From positions 13,407 through 77,406 of the forward strand of contig JAGXSS010000040.1 of NCBI GenBank assembly GCA_018334055.1: a DNA stretch of 64,000 nt. The letters are read 5' to 3'. This DNA comes from Peptococcaceae bacterium. GTDB lineage: Bacteria > Bacillota > UBA994. Made by a program: the position numbers and the translations under genes. Below, piece after piece: positions 34,436 to 43,824 of this stretch. The notes under the pieces were generated by a model. The model was not told the DNA's origin, searched no databases, and was given only the letters and a program-made list of their open reading frames with translations. Position 1 is the stretch's first letter; every line of letters begins with the position of its first letter.

Positions 34436-36610
34436 ATGTTTACTCGCGATATACTCCTCCTACTGCCTATTTTAGCGCCCATACTGGGTGCGCTCCTCCT
34501 TCTGCTTAATCCAGCGCGCTCCTGGTTATGGCCGCGTGTCGTAGCTGTACTTGCGGCCTTCTTCTCCTTGGTCGCCTTGGTGGTGGTGTTTAATTTGCGT
34601 CAGGCTGGAACTATACTGCAGCTTAATCTTCTCCATGTTGTTGATTACGGCCTGAGCTTTCGACCATCATTTCTTGGCGTGACGCTTGCGGTGGCTGTCG
34701 CTGCATTATGGTTTTTAGCCAGCATCTTTGCCGTATCATTCCTGAAAAGCACTCATTCTCCGCGCAGGTTTTTTGCTTCTTTCCTTTTAAGTATGGGTGG
34801 GTGTGTGGGTGTCTTCTTGGCCAACGACTACTTCACTTTTTTTGTTTTTTTTGAATTGATGACCTTTGCGGCTTACCCACTTGTCGTTCATGCCGAGAGT
34901 GATCATGCTCGCCGGGCTGGGGATATCTACCTCTATATGAGTGTCGCGGGGGGGCTGGTACTGCTCTTTGGCATATTGCTCTTGGTTTGGGCCACCGGCA
35001 CCGCGGAAATCGCCCCCAAGCTCCATGTTCTTCTGGAGAGGGGGGTCAACCCATATATCCTCGCCTTTATGTTTCTAGTCGGCTTCGGCCTAAAAATGGG
35101 TTTAGTGCCCCTCCACATCTGGCTGCCTTATACCTATGTTTCTGCCCCAGCGCCAGCTACAGCCATGCTTTCGGGGGCCATGAACAAGACCGGCGTGTAT
35201 GGACTGGTTGTTTTCCTGACCGTTACATTAGCTAACAAGAGTGAGACACTTGCTCCAGCGGCTACTTTGGTGCAAGAAAATATCGGTCTAATATTACTGG
35301 GGCTGGGCTTGGTGACCATGCTGATGGGTGGTTTTCTCGCGCTTATGCAGAGCAACATTAAGCGATTACTGGCATATTCGAGTATAAGCCAGATGGGATA
35401 TATTGTACTTGCGCTGGCATCGGCCATGTACCTCACCAAGGAAGGGGGGCTGGCCCATACTGCGGCAATATTTCATGCGTTTAATCACGCTTTGTTTAGC
35501 ACAACCCTGTTCCTCTTAGGAGGGGTGATTTACATGTATGCTGGGAGCTTACTCTTTGATCGCTTGGGTGGGTTGGCGCGTTTTCTGCCCTTTACGGCGA
35601 TTGCCGCCCTCATCGCCTCATTATCGGTCTTGGGCTTGCCTGGTTTCGCTGGTTTTGGCAGTAAAACCTTGATTCATAAGGCCTTAGTTGCCGTAGCGGA
35701 GCATGGTGACAGTTGGTGGTTACTGATGACCGAAAAACTGTTTGTCCTTGGCAGTGCCATAACCGCGGCCTACTTTATTAAATTGTATCTAGGCATATTT
35801 TTCGGCAAGTTTAAGGGTGCTGAATTGCGCTATCGGCAAGAAGGCTGGCTGATGAGGACAGTCCTTGGCGTTTTGTGTTGCGGAATGCTACTCGTTGGCA
35901 TGTTCCCTGGGTTAGCCATGCGCTTTTTCAGTTTGGCGGCGGAGGGTACTTTCGTGAATATAACCTACCTAGTTAAAAAACTAGCCACGGTAGATTTTTG
36001 GACGGCCTATGCCTATGGCGGCGTGTTTTGGCCCTTTGCCTTGGGCATTATTGTGTTTGTCATCGCCAAGTACTGCCGGTTTTTCGCATGGAAATACCCG
36101 AAATGGCTATCCGTTGAGGCGCTTGTCTTTCGCCCAGCCTATAACTTCTTTCTGATGCTGTGCTGCTTGTATGCGACCAAGGCTGATGGCGGCATCTGTG
36201 ATGTCTATGACCGCGGCGGCACCATTTCTGGGCGTCTTTTGCGGCAGGTCAAGCGCTTTGATGACCTCATTGACGAGGGCTACGAGGCAGTCGGACATGG
36301 GACATCACAAATTGTTGAGCAGGCGAGACAGTTAGACCAAGGTGTGAATAAAGCGTATCAGGATGTTGGCGGGCATGCACACTCTGTGGCGCACGGCATG
36401 AGCATGGTTGATACGGCTGCAGATGAAGCTTACGCGCTAGTAGGGAAGGCGGCTACCCGAGTTCCGGAGGGCCTGAACAAGTTGGAGGGGATAGGAAGCA
36501 CGGCGAGCACTTTCAGCCTGCAGAATGTTACCATTGGTTCGCTCATCGTGGCGGTTATACTGCTGATGATACTAACAATCATGTACATTTATGGTGGACA
36601 AGTGCTATAA
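34436..36610 (+). CDS. MrpD/MrpA(NuoL)-like subunit 3 with long C-terminal helical extension
   Basis: FFVFFELM, K.G.VPLH.WLP, IKRLLAYSS.SQ.GY; soluble repeat region then final TM. Confidence 0.88.
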   Translation: MFTRDILLLLPILAPILGALLLLLNPARSWLWPRVVAVLAAFFSLVALVVVFNLRQAGTILQLNLLHVVDYGLSFRPSFLGVTLAVAVAALWFLASIFAVSFLKSTHSPRRFFASFLLSMGGCVGVFLANDYFTFFVFFELMTFAAYPLVVHAESDHARRAGDIYLYMSVAGGLVLLFGILLLVWATGTAEIAPKLHVLLERGVNPYILAFMFLVGFGLKMGLVPLHIWLPYTYVSAPAPATAMLSGAMNKTGVYGLVVFLTVTLANKSETLAPAATLVQENIGLILLGLGLVTMLMGGFLALMQSNIKRLLAYSSISQMGYIVLALASAMYLTKEGGLAHTAAIFHAFNHALFSTTLFLLGGVIYMYAGSLLFDRLGGLARFLPFTAIAALIASLSVLGLPGFAGFGSKTLIHKALVAVAEHGDSWWLLMTEKLFVLGSAITAAYFIKLYLGIFFGKFKGAELRYRQEGWLMRTVLGVLCCGMLLVGMFPGLAMRFFSLAAEGTFVNITYLVKKLATVDFWTAYAYGGVFWPFALGIIVFVIAKYCRFFAWKYPKWLSVEALVFRPAYNFFLMLCCLYATKADGGICDVYDRGGTISGRLLRQVKRFDDLIDEGYEAVGHGTSQIVEQARQLDQGVNKAYQDVGGHAHSVAHGMSMVDTAADEAYALVGKAATRVPEGLNKLEGIGSTASTFSLQNVTIGSLIVAVILLMILTIMYIYGGQVL
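36182..36481 (+). repeat. Four tandem 25-aa amphipathic helix repeats
   Basis: ADGGICDVYDRGG.. / FDDLIDEGYEAVG.. / LDQGVNKAYQDVG.. / VDTAADEAYALVG..; D at position 2, Y at 9, G at 13 in all four. Confidence 0.75.
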
Positions 36611-36626
36611 GGGGGGCGATGCTACT

Positions 36627-36983
36627 GTGACCTCGATGGACAAAAAAATAGCAGTAATTGTACTGCTACTGGCGGTGCTGATGGGGGTCGGGGTTCTTTA
36701 TTGGCGCTACGTCACGCCCTCCGGGCAGCAGGCTACCATTTTGGTGGACAACAGGCCGGTCGAGACCGTGGTCCTCGACCCTGCATTGGGGATGAGGCAG
36801 GTCGTGGTGCAAGGCGTACGCGGGGAGACCGTCATAGAAATCGATGGTCCTTCGATACGTATCATAGCCTCAGACTGTCCGGACAAACTATGCATTAAGA
36901 TGGGTCGTAAGAGTAGACCGGGCGAGGTCATAGTCTGCCTGCCCAATCGAGTTGTAATTAGAATTGATGGCAACGAGCAATAG
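36627..36983 (+). CDS. NusG domain II-containing membrane protein
   Basis: N-terminal TM; I..SDCPDKLC.K.G...PGE.IVCLPNRVVI. Confidence 0.9.
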   Translation: MTSMDKKIAVIVLLLAVLMGVGVLYWRYVTPSGQQATILVDNRPVETVVLDPALGMRQVVVQGVRGETVIEIDGPSIRIIASDCPDKLCIKMGRKSRPGEVIVCLPNRVVIRIDGNEQ

Positions 36984-38181
36984 CTTGTGCGGCCACAAAC
37001 CCACTGGCGAAGGCCCAGTGTAGATTGTAGCCTCCACATCGTCCGTGGACGTCGAGGATCTCCCCCGCGAAGAAGATTCCCGGCTGGCGGTGCGAGGTGA
37101 GGGTCGCAGGTTCGACTTCATTTAGCGGGATTCCGCCCCAGGTTGTTTGGGCCTGCTCCCAGGTATTGAGTCCAATAATCGGAAAATACCACGACCAGAG
37201 CAAACTGCATAAGCGAGCGATACATTCTTCAGGCAACTGCCCCGCTAAGGTCTTGGGGGCGAGGCTGATTTCCCGCAGTACGGGCACAATGAGTTGTTGG
37301 GGAAGGTACCCTGCTAGGGCCTCATCTACATATTTATGAGCGAGGCGCTTACTGCGCTCTCGCCAAAATTGCCGGAGCAGAACCTCATTCTGCTCCTCGT
37401 AGGCGAGTCTCAAGCGCAAGGTTAAATCTTGGCGATGGCCAATCTGTCGAGTGAGGTCAAATACCGGAATGCCAGACAAGCCGTAGTCGGTAAATATTAT
37501 CTCGCCTCGCTCGGACAGACTAAGCTCGGGGATGGAAACCTCAGCCCTGATCCTTAATCCGGATAGTGCTTTACGATACGGAGACTTAATTTTAAGACCG
37601 ACGAGAGTAGGCGATGGTGGCGATATACTGTGTCCGCAGGCCTTTGCTAGCGCGTAGCCGTCTCCGGAACAGCCTAGTTGCGGTGCGGCCATGCCGCCTG
37701 TAGCCAGCAGAACCCGCCTGGCCATCTTCGTGCCAGCTTCATGGGTCAAAGTAAAGCCTGTATCGGAGGCAGCGATGGTTTGGACTGGCGAATTAATAGC
37801 CACCTCCACTCGCAGTCGCCTAAGTTCTTGCTGTAGCACCTCGAGGACGCTTGACGCCTGCTTTGTGCGTGGATACCGGCGGCCTTCCTCGCTGACTAGA
37901 ACAAGTCCAAGTTCAGCAAAAAACTGCGCAGCTTCCCTTGCGCCAAATTGCTCGAGGACCTGTTTTGCCACTCCCAAGTCGGGGCAAACAAAATTGTCCA
38001 GACTTAGGTTGTCATTGCCTAAATTGCAGCGACCATTCCCAGTTGCAAGCAGTTTCTTGCCAATTTTCTCGTTTTTCTCCAGGATGAGAACGCTTACGCC
38101 TGTTCTCGCCGCCACGATGGCCGCCACTATCCCGGCAGCGCCACCACCTACAACCACCAAATCGTATAACACCACAGTCAC
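36958..38181 (-). CDS. HI0933/BaiN family FAD-dependent oxidoreductase
   Basis: GGGAAG, GKKLLATGNGRCN, ATGG...P..G..GDGY, GEILDV.G.CGGYNL. Confidence 0.92.
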   Translation of the reverse strand: MTVVLYDLVVVGGGAAGIVAAIVAARTGVSVLILEKNEKIGKKLLATGNGRCNLGNDNLSLDNFVCPDLGVAKQVLEQFGAREAAQFFAELGLVLVSEEGRRYPRTKQASSVLEVLQQELRRLRVEVAINSPVQTIAASDTGFTLTHEAGTKMARRVLLATGGMAAPQLGCSGDGYALAKACGHSISPPSPTLVGLKIKSPYRKALSGLRIRAEVSIPELSLSERGEIIFTDYGLSGIPVFDLTRQIGHRQDLTLRLRLAYEEQNEVLLRQFWRERSKRLAHKYVDEALAGYLPQQLIVPVLREISLAPKTLAGQLPEECIARLCSLLWSWYFPIIGLNTWEQAQTTWGGIPLNEVEPATLTSHRQPGIFFAGEILDVHGRCGGYNLHWAFASGFVAAQAIARCHQF

Positions 38182-38262
38182 CCTTTCTTTAGGAACAGAG
38201 GGGACGGTTCATTTTGTTCCGAGGCCACCCCGATTGGCATGAACAAGTAAGGAGCGATAGCC

Positions 38263-39036
38263 ATGCGTTCTCTAGTACAAGGCTTTATTCTTGGGTTAGT
38301 CGTTATTTTGCCCGGCATGAGCGGCGGAACAGTGTTTCTCATCATGGGTTTGTATGAAAAGATGATTGCCGACTTGGTGCGTCTGAACTTAAAGCCCTAC
38401 GTACCCATCTTTGGCGGCATGGTCGTAGGGATTTTCCTTGGGGGCACAGTTTTTGCCCTCATTTTTGAACGCTTTCGCGACATCACGGTGGCTTTTCTTC
38501 TGGGTAGTTTAGTCGCCTCGGTACGCTCGGTGCTAAGCGATGGACCAAGGCCAAATATGGCGAGGGTACTATGCCTAGGCATTGGCCTGACCCTTGGCGT
38601 ACTCTTTGGAGCTGAGCCACTCGTTATTGAGCCTGGTTCCGCTCCGGTAGGTGCAGTAGCGCTGCTCATCGGTGGAGCACTGAGTACAGCCGCCATGGTC
38701 TTGCCGGGAGTGCCGGGGAGTTCGGTGCTCATTATTATGGGTATATACGACACGATGCTCTACTATATCAAGGAAATGGCAGTCGGGCAGCTCTTGATCT
38801 TCGCCTTGGGCAGCGTGGCTGGTTTGTTCTTGCTCGCCTATGTGCTCGATAAGCTCTATGCCCGCTATCGGGACCTCTTATCGTACTTCTTCGCCGGCCT
38901 CATCCTAGGCTCCACCCGAGCTCTCGTGCCCACCGAGTTCAGTGGGTTTATTTTGTTAAGCATGGTCGTGGGATTTATAACTGTATGGTATTTCAGTGGT
39001 CGGCGCGGCAGAGTAGCAGATGGAGCGGTTTCCTAG
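38263..39036 (+). CDS. DUF368 membrane protein (undecaprenyl-phosphate translocase family)
   Basis: Duplicated LPG.SG motif (ILPGMSGGT; VLPGVPGSS), G.Y...I. Confidence 0.85.
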   Translation: MRSLVQGFILGLVVILPGMSGGTVFLIMGLYEKMIADLVRLNLKPYVPIFGGMVVGIFLGGTVFALIFERFRDITVAFLLGSLVASVRSVLSDGPRPNMARVLCLGIGLTLGVLFGAEPLVIEPGSAPVGAVALLIGGALSTAAMVLPGVPGSSVLIIMGIYDTMLYYIKEMAVGQLLIFALGSVAGLFLLAYVLDKLYARYRDLLSYFFAGLILGSTRALVPTEFSGFILLSMVVGFITVWYFSGRRGRVADGAVS

Positions 39037-39812
39037 ATTGGTATTAACGAAATCTGCGGGATACCCGCACTCGGGTGCATGAATACGCTAACTTGACAGC
39101 CGTAGACGGCTTCGATCAGTCTTGGTTGCAGCACCTCAGCTGGTGTTCCGGAGGCATATAGTTCACCTGCCGCCATGACCAAGAGTCTTTGGCAGTATAA
39201 CGCGGCTAAGTTTATGTCATGAAGAACGGCAATGATGGTCATACCTCCCTGGGCCAGTGAACGTAGGAGGGTGAGTAATTCCATCTGATGCCTGATATCA
39301 AGATGAGTGGTCGGTTCATCTAGAATTAGGACCGGACAATTCTGGGCCAAGGCGGTGGCAATGCGCGCCCTTTGCTTCTCACCGCCGCTCAGCTTGCTGA
39401 GGAGGCGGTCTTGTAGGTCAGAGAGGCCCGCTTTGCTTAAGGCCTGCTCGATACTGGCCTTGTCTTCGGCGTTCTCATGCTGCAAGAGGGACTGATGGGG
39501 CAGACGCCCGAGGCTCACTAACTCTCGCACCGTTAGGTCAATACCATGAATACTTTCCTGTTCAACCACTGCCAGGGCACGGGCCATTTGTTGGTGCGAT
39601 AGCTGTGCAGTGGTTTTGCCATTAAGCCATACTTGACCTCTCTCGGGTGTTAACCAGCGGGCGATCACTTTCACCAAGGTTGACTTCCCTGAGCCATTCG
39701 GACCTATTATGCCGGTAAAGCTACCCTGGGGAAAATGAGCGGTGATATTCTTTAAGATCGGTCGCTCGGCATAGCTAAAACAAAGTCCAACAATGTCTAG
39801 TGGATGCATCAT
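39033..39812 (-). CDS. btuD: Cobalamin/iron-chelate ABC ATPase
   Basis: GPNGSGKS, LSGGE.QR, LDEPT.HLD. Confidence 0.85.
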   Translation of the reverse strand: MMHPLDIVGLCFSYAERPILKNITAHFPQGSFTGIIGPNGSGKSTLVKVIARWLTPERGQVWLNGKTTAQLSHQQMARALAVVEQESIHGIDLTVRELVSLGRLPHQSLLQHENAEDKASIEQALSKAGLSDLQDRLLSKLSGGEKQRARIATALAQNCPVLILDEPTTHLDIRHQMELLTLLRSLAQGGMTIIAVLHDINLAALYCQRLLVMAAGELYASGTPAEVLQPRLIEAVYGCQVSVFMHPSAGIPQISLIPI

Positions 39813-40849
39813 ATCATCGCCTTTCGGCTTCTGGCAAGCAAGTAAAGGAAGAAAGGCCCTCCTGCCAGCGCAGTGATTATGCCCACCGGAAGTTCAGTAG
39901 GTCGCAGCATCACCCGAGCTAGAATGTCAGCCAAGGTCAGAAATATTGCTCCTAGTAGTGCTGAATAGGGCAGCAGACGACGGTAGTTTTCTCCTCCAAG
40001 TAGACGCGCCACATGAGGGGTCATCAGTCCGACAAAGCCTATGACACCGCTAACCGCCACGCAGGCGGCAGTGAGCAAGGCGGTGGAACATAGCAAAACG
40101 AGACGGATCTTCTCGACGTTCACCCCAAGATGGTGAGCGGTCATGTCGCCAAGGCTGATGGCCGTAAGGTAGCGGTGATAGAAAAAAGCCAGAGCATAAC
40201 CGGCAAGTAGGTAGGGGCTGGCCAGCGCAACATGTTGCCAGCCACGCCCGGCAAAGCTGCCCATCAGCCAGAAGAGTAAGGGTTGAATGCGGTTGCCACT
40301 AAAATATACTAAGAGGGAAACCAAAGCAGAGAGAAAACTGCTCATGGCAATGCCGGCGAGCAACAACCCTAAAGTGGAGCTACCGGCTACACGGCGAGCG
40401 ATGATAATGACTACAACCAAGGTCGCTACCGCTCCGAGGAAGGCCATGGGAGTAATAGCGCCAAGACCAAAAAAAGTGAAACGCAAACCCAAAAGCATAG
40501 CTACAGCGGCTCCAAGGCTGGCACCGGAAGAAACTCCTAGGATGTGCGCATCGGCCAAGCCGTTGTGCAAAAGACCCTGTAAAATAGCGCCCGCAGTGGC
40601 TAACCCCGCACCCACCATCGCCGCGAGGATAACCCGGGGGAGTCGCAAACGGAACAAAACAATGGTTTCATAATCCCATTCGGCAAGCGGAACAGTGAAG
40701 AGTTGGCCTAGCGAGTGGCCGAGACGGGTGGGGGAGATGTCCACTGCCCCAACCGCCAGTCCCAGAAGCAATGCCACCGCCAAGGCCAAGGAGAGGGTGA
40801 CTGTCAGTCTCCCTCTCCTTACGCTCGTCAAAACCTTGACTAACGCCAT
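39809..40849 (-). CDS. btuC: FecCD-family cobalamin ABC permease
   Basis: RLPRV, N.LA...LGVSSGA, G.IGFVGL..PH, ELPVG..TA..G.PFF. Confidence 0.87.
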   Translation of the reverse strand: MALVKVLTSVRRGRLTVTLSLALAVALLLGLAVGAVDISPTRLGHSLGQLFTVPLAEWDYETIVLFRLRLPRVILAAMVGAGLATAGAILQGLLHNGLADAHILGVSSGASLGAAVAMLLGLRFTFFGLGAITPMAFLGAVATLVVVIIIARRVAGSSTLGLLLAGIAMSSFLSALVSLLVYFSGNRIQPLLFWLMGSFAGRGWQHVALASPYLLAGYALAFFYHRYLTAISLGDMTAHHLGVNVEKIRLVLLCSTALLTAACVAVSGVIGFVGLMTPHVARLLGGENYRRLLPYSALLGAIFLTLADILARVMLRPTELPVGIITALAGGPFFLYLLARSRKAMI

Positions 40850-41742
40850 AGTCCTGGGTGCAGACGCTGAGCAATGTCGAGCAGGCCAAGAACAATGCGC
40901 GGACCGGGGCGCAGCACCAGGTCCTCATTGACCAAGTAGACTCTGTTGTTAGCGATGGCGGGGATAGTTCCCCAATCAGTGCGGGCGCTAATTTCCTCGA
41001 CCGTCAGTGTACCATGACCGCGGAACATGACCGCTGGTCTTTGGGCGAGGATGTCCTCTAGGGACAGATTAGGCCAGTCTGTGGCGGCCCCGGCAGCGAG
41101 GTTTTTGCCACCACCCCTAGTAATGAGTTCGTGGATAAACGTGTTAGGTCCGGCACTCATTATGGGGTCATGCCAAATCTCAAAATAGACGAGTGGTTTG
41201 GCGATCTCGGCCAAAGCCTTGGTTTTTTCCTCCACTTGCCGTAGCGTAGCATTCATCTCTTTTACTAAGCTCTCCGCCTGCCTGGTCGCGCCGGTTGCCC
41301 GGCCGAGTAAAATGGCATTGTCCATTATCTGCCGGATGTTTCTTGGGTTCAGTGCGATTACTGGGATGTTAAGCTGGGCCAGCTGCTCGAGTACGCTTTG
41401 GTGCAAGCTGGCGGCGACTACGAGGTCGGGTTTGACGCTGACGATTTTTTCAACTGAAGGTGCGCCAAACCCGCCCACCTTGTCCTTCGCTTGCGCCTCG
41501 GCAGGGTAGTTGCAAAATTCGGTCACACCAACGACCTTGTCACCTAAGCCGAGAGCGAATAGCATTTCCGTGTTGCTGGGCACGAGGGAGACAATGCGCA
41601 CCGCAGGTTTTGGCAGGGTTACTTCCCGACCGTAATCATCGGTAAGGACTATGTTGCGTTGTAAAAGTGCCGTGATGGGGGCACAGCCGGTGGCGATTAG
41701 AGATACTAGGACCACCAAAGTCAGGATGAACAATTTTTTCAT
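40840..41742 (-). CDS. btuF: Cobalamin-binding lipoprotein
   Basis: Lipobox IATGC, RIVSL.PS.TE..FALG, RPGPR; downstream of B12 riboswitch. Confidence 0.88.
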   Translation of the reverse strand: MKKLFILTLVVLVSLIATGCAPITALLQRNIVLTDDYGREVTLPKPAVRIVSLVPSNTEMLFALGLGDKVVGVTEFCNYPAEAQAKDKVGGFGAPSVEKIVSVKPDLVVAASLHQSVLEQLAQLNIPVIALNPRNIRQIMDNAILLGRATGATRQAESLVKEMNATLRQVEEKTKALAEIAKPLVYFEIWHDPIMSAGPNTFIHELITRGGGKNLAAGAATDWPNLSLEDILAQRPAVMFRGHGTLTVEEISARTDWGTIPAIANNRVYLVNEDLVLRPGPRIVLGLLDIAQRLHPGLWR

Positions 41743-41821
41743 GGCTCGACCTCCTTTAAAGTTGCGCTTGTTTACAGGGGTGAGTTACGCCAAGGACATG
41801 TGCTGCATGTACTTCCCCCTC

Positions 41822-41856
41822 AAAAAAATTTAAATCCCCAACCTACTGGTTGAGGA
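41822..41856 (-). terminator. Attenuator terminator of btu riboswitch
   Basis: ATCCTCAACC-AGTA-GGTTGGGGAT then TTAAATTTTTTT on minus strand. Confidence 0.65.
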
Positions 41857-41924
41857 TCGGTAGAGCAAAAGGGCACCCCAATGGCTCTGACCTTGTCCCC
41901 TCGACCGAAGGACATGTCTTCATT

Positions 41925-42092
41925 GTGGGGCAGGTTTCCTGACTTCGGGATTGGCGCGTCCGGCTCCTTCCCATCTGCCAACGCAGACAGTGGCTTATGC
42001 CGGTTGCTACCCGATACAGTGGCGGGACCGTTCAGGCTTGTAACCTGATTCCCTTTTAATCCCCAGTTTGGGGAACCCTCACAAAGGCTATT
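41925..42092 (-). ncRNA. Cobalamin riboswitch (btuFCD)
   Basis: AAAAGGGAAUCAGGU...CGGUCCCGCCACUGU...GCCACUG...GGGAAG...GUCAGGAAACCUGCC. Confidence 0.95.
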
Positions 42093-42169
42093 TAGTTACA
42101 GGAACAGTATAGCACGGGGAACCTAAAATATAAAGGGCACATGAAGAACGTCAACGTCAGCTAGGCTTG

Positions 42170-42745
42170 TCAGTATGAATGAAGTTGCCATCCCTGGCAG
42201 GTGGGCAGTAGGAGTAGCTCGAAGCATTGACCTGGTCTTGATTGGGACGCTACAAAGGAACGACCTGATGCCTCACTTAACAATAGGTCGCACACACCTC
42301 CATGGGTGTATAAAGCCACAACCTTATGGTTCTTGCGGACAAGCATCGACAGGAATGAATGCACTCGTTGCTGTAGGGCAGACAAGCTCTCACCTTGCGG
42401 TGGGAAGCTATGCTCCCAGTCGTCGTACCAGCTTCGTACTTCTTGTGGGTAGGCGTTTAATGCTTCTACGTAAGTCATGAAATCAAAAACCCCAAAATCA
42501 AGTTCACGCAGCCGGCTGTCTTTGATTACAGGTATACCTATGTTTCGAGATAAAAAAGAGGCACTGGCAATCGAGCGGGCGAGGTCGCTGGAGTAGATGC
42601 CTGTTATCCCTTCTGTTTTAAGTCGCGTGGCCACATGGCGTACCTGAGTAGTGCCCGCTTCTGTGAGAGGGCTATCGCTGTGCCCAAGGTAGCGTTTAGC
42701 GAGGTTTGCTTCGGTTTCGCCGTGTCTGACTACAAATAATTTCAT
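42170..42745 (-). CDS. cobC: Alpha-ribazole phosphatase (histidine phosphatase)
   Basis: RHGET, SSDL.R, RELDFG, HGG; cob operon context. Confidence 0.82.
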   Translation of the reverse strand: MKLFVVRHGETEANLAKRYLGHSDSPLTEAGTTQVRHVATRLKTEGITGIYSSDLARSIASASFLSRNIGIPVIKDSRLRELDFGVFDFMTYVEALNAYPQEVRSWYDDWEHSFPPQGESLSALQQRVHSFLSMLVRKNHKVVALYTHGGVCDLLLSEASGRSFVASQSRPGQCFELLLLPTCQGWQLHSY

Positions 42746-43824
42746 AATATTGCTCTCTCCAGCGCTTCGATTAGGCGCAGGTTTTCTTTATGGGTACGTA
42801 CGGCCACTCGAACGTAGTCTTCACCTAAGTGGGCAAAGGTATTGCAATTTCGCACCAGCATACCCTGTGCAAAGAGCCTGTTACAGAGCAGCGTAGCTGT
42901 AATCTGCGCTGCTCTCAAGCTAACGAGCAAAAAGTTGGCTTCACCTGAGACTACTGTGAACGGCGTGCGCAGGGGCACGTTTTGGCGCAGATACTGGTTT
43001 TCGGTGGCAATTAGCGTTCGGGTTGTTTCGATATACTTGCTCAAAAAAGGGTAGACCTTCGCAGCCTCAAGGGCTAAGGCATTAACACTCCACGGGTCCC
43101 TCACGGAGCGAAGTTTGGCGGCGATGTCTGCCTGTGCTCTAGCGTACCCCAGGCGTAGTCCTGGCAGGGCTACAATCTTGGTGAGGCTACGTACCACAAC
43201 TACGTGGGACGGCATTTGCGGCACGGCGATATATGAGCCCAGAGCTACAGTCGAGGGGAGAAAGTCATAGAAAGACTCATCTAGCACGAGAAATGCGCCT
43301 TTGCCTGCCGTTAATTCGACTAAAAAGTCGAATTGCGCCCTAGTTAGGGAGCGACCGGTGGGATTATTAGGGGAACATAGAAAGAGCATATCCCGAGGCT
43401 CAACAACATCACCTAGGTGCCTTACCTGAGGCTCGCACCAAGGGTCCTGTACCAGAGGGACGTAAGGAATGCCAGATAGGTGGGCGGCGAAAGCATAACC
43501 CGAGTAAGTGGGTTCAAGGGCGAGAATTCGGCGTGGTTTAAGACTGAGGCATATTAGCTGGAATATCTCGGCAGCACCATTGCCGACCGTGACCTCATCC
43601 ACTTCGCAATCATGGTGCTTTGCTAACGCCTGTCGTGCATCCAGACACTCAGGGTCGGGGTAATGCTCGAGGCGCCAGAAACTGTTAGCCAGACAAGCGC
43701 TTAACTCCTGCGGCAGGCCCAAAGGGTTAATATTAGCGCTAAAGTCAAGCACCCGCTGTGGGTTGATAGCAAGGGAACGCGCAGCCTGGTGAATGTTTCC
43801 GCCATGGATAAACCGCTGACTCAT
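42742..43824 (-). CDS. cobD: Threonine-phosphate decarboxylase
   Basis: HGGN, DFSANINPLG, GNGAAE, PNNPTG, RSLTK...PGLRLGY. Confidence 0.9.
   Translation of the reverse strand: MSQRFIHGGNIHQAARSLAINPQRVLDFSANINPLGLPQELSACLANSFWRLEHYPDPECLDARQALAKHHDCEVDEVTVGNGAAEIFQLICLSLKPRRILALEPTYSGYAFAAHLSGIPYVPLVQDPWCEPQVRHLGDVVEPRDMLFLCSPNNPTGRSLTRAQFDFLVELTAGKGAFLVLDESFYDFLPSTVALGSYIAVPQMPSHVVVVRSLTKIVALPGLRLGYARAQADIAAKLRSVRDPWSVNALALEAAKVYPFLSKYIETTRTLIATENQYLRQNVPLRTPFTVVSGEANFLLVSLRAAQITATLLCNRLFAQGMLVRNCNTFAHLGEDYVRVAVRTHKENLRLIEALERAIL

Noticed and set aside
38190-38220. GGGACGGTT motif also seen at about 58044, possible REP-like repeat
   Set aside because: Short, only two copies, and explainable as RBS-like sequence
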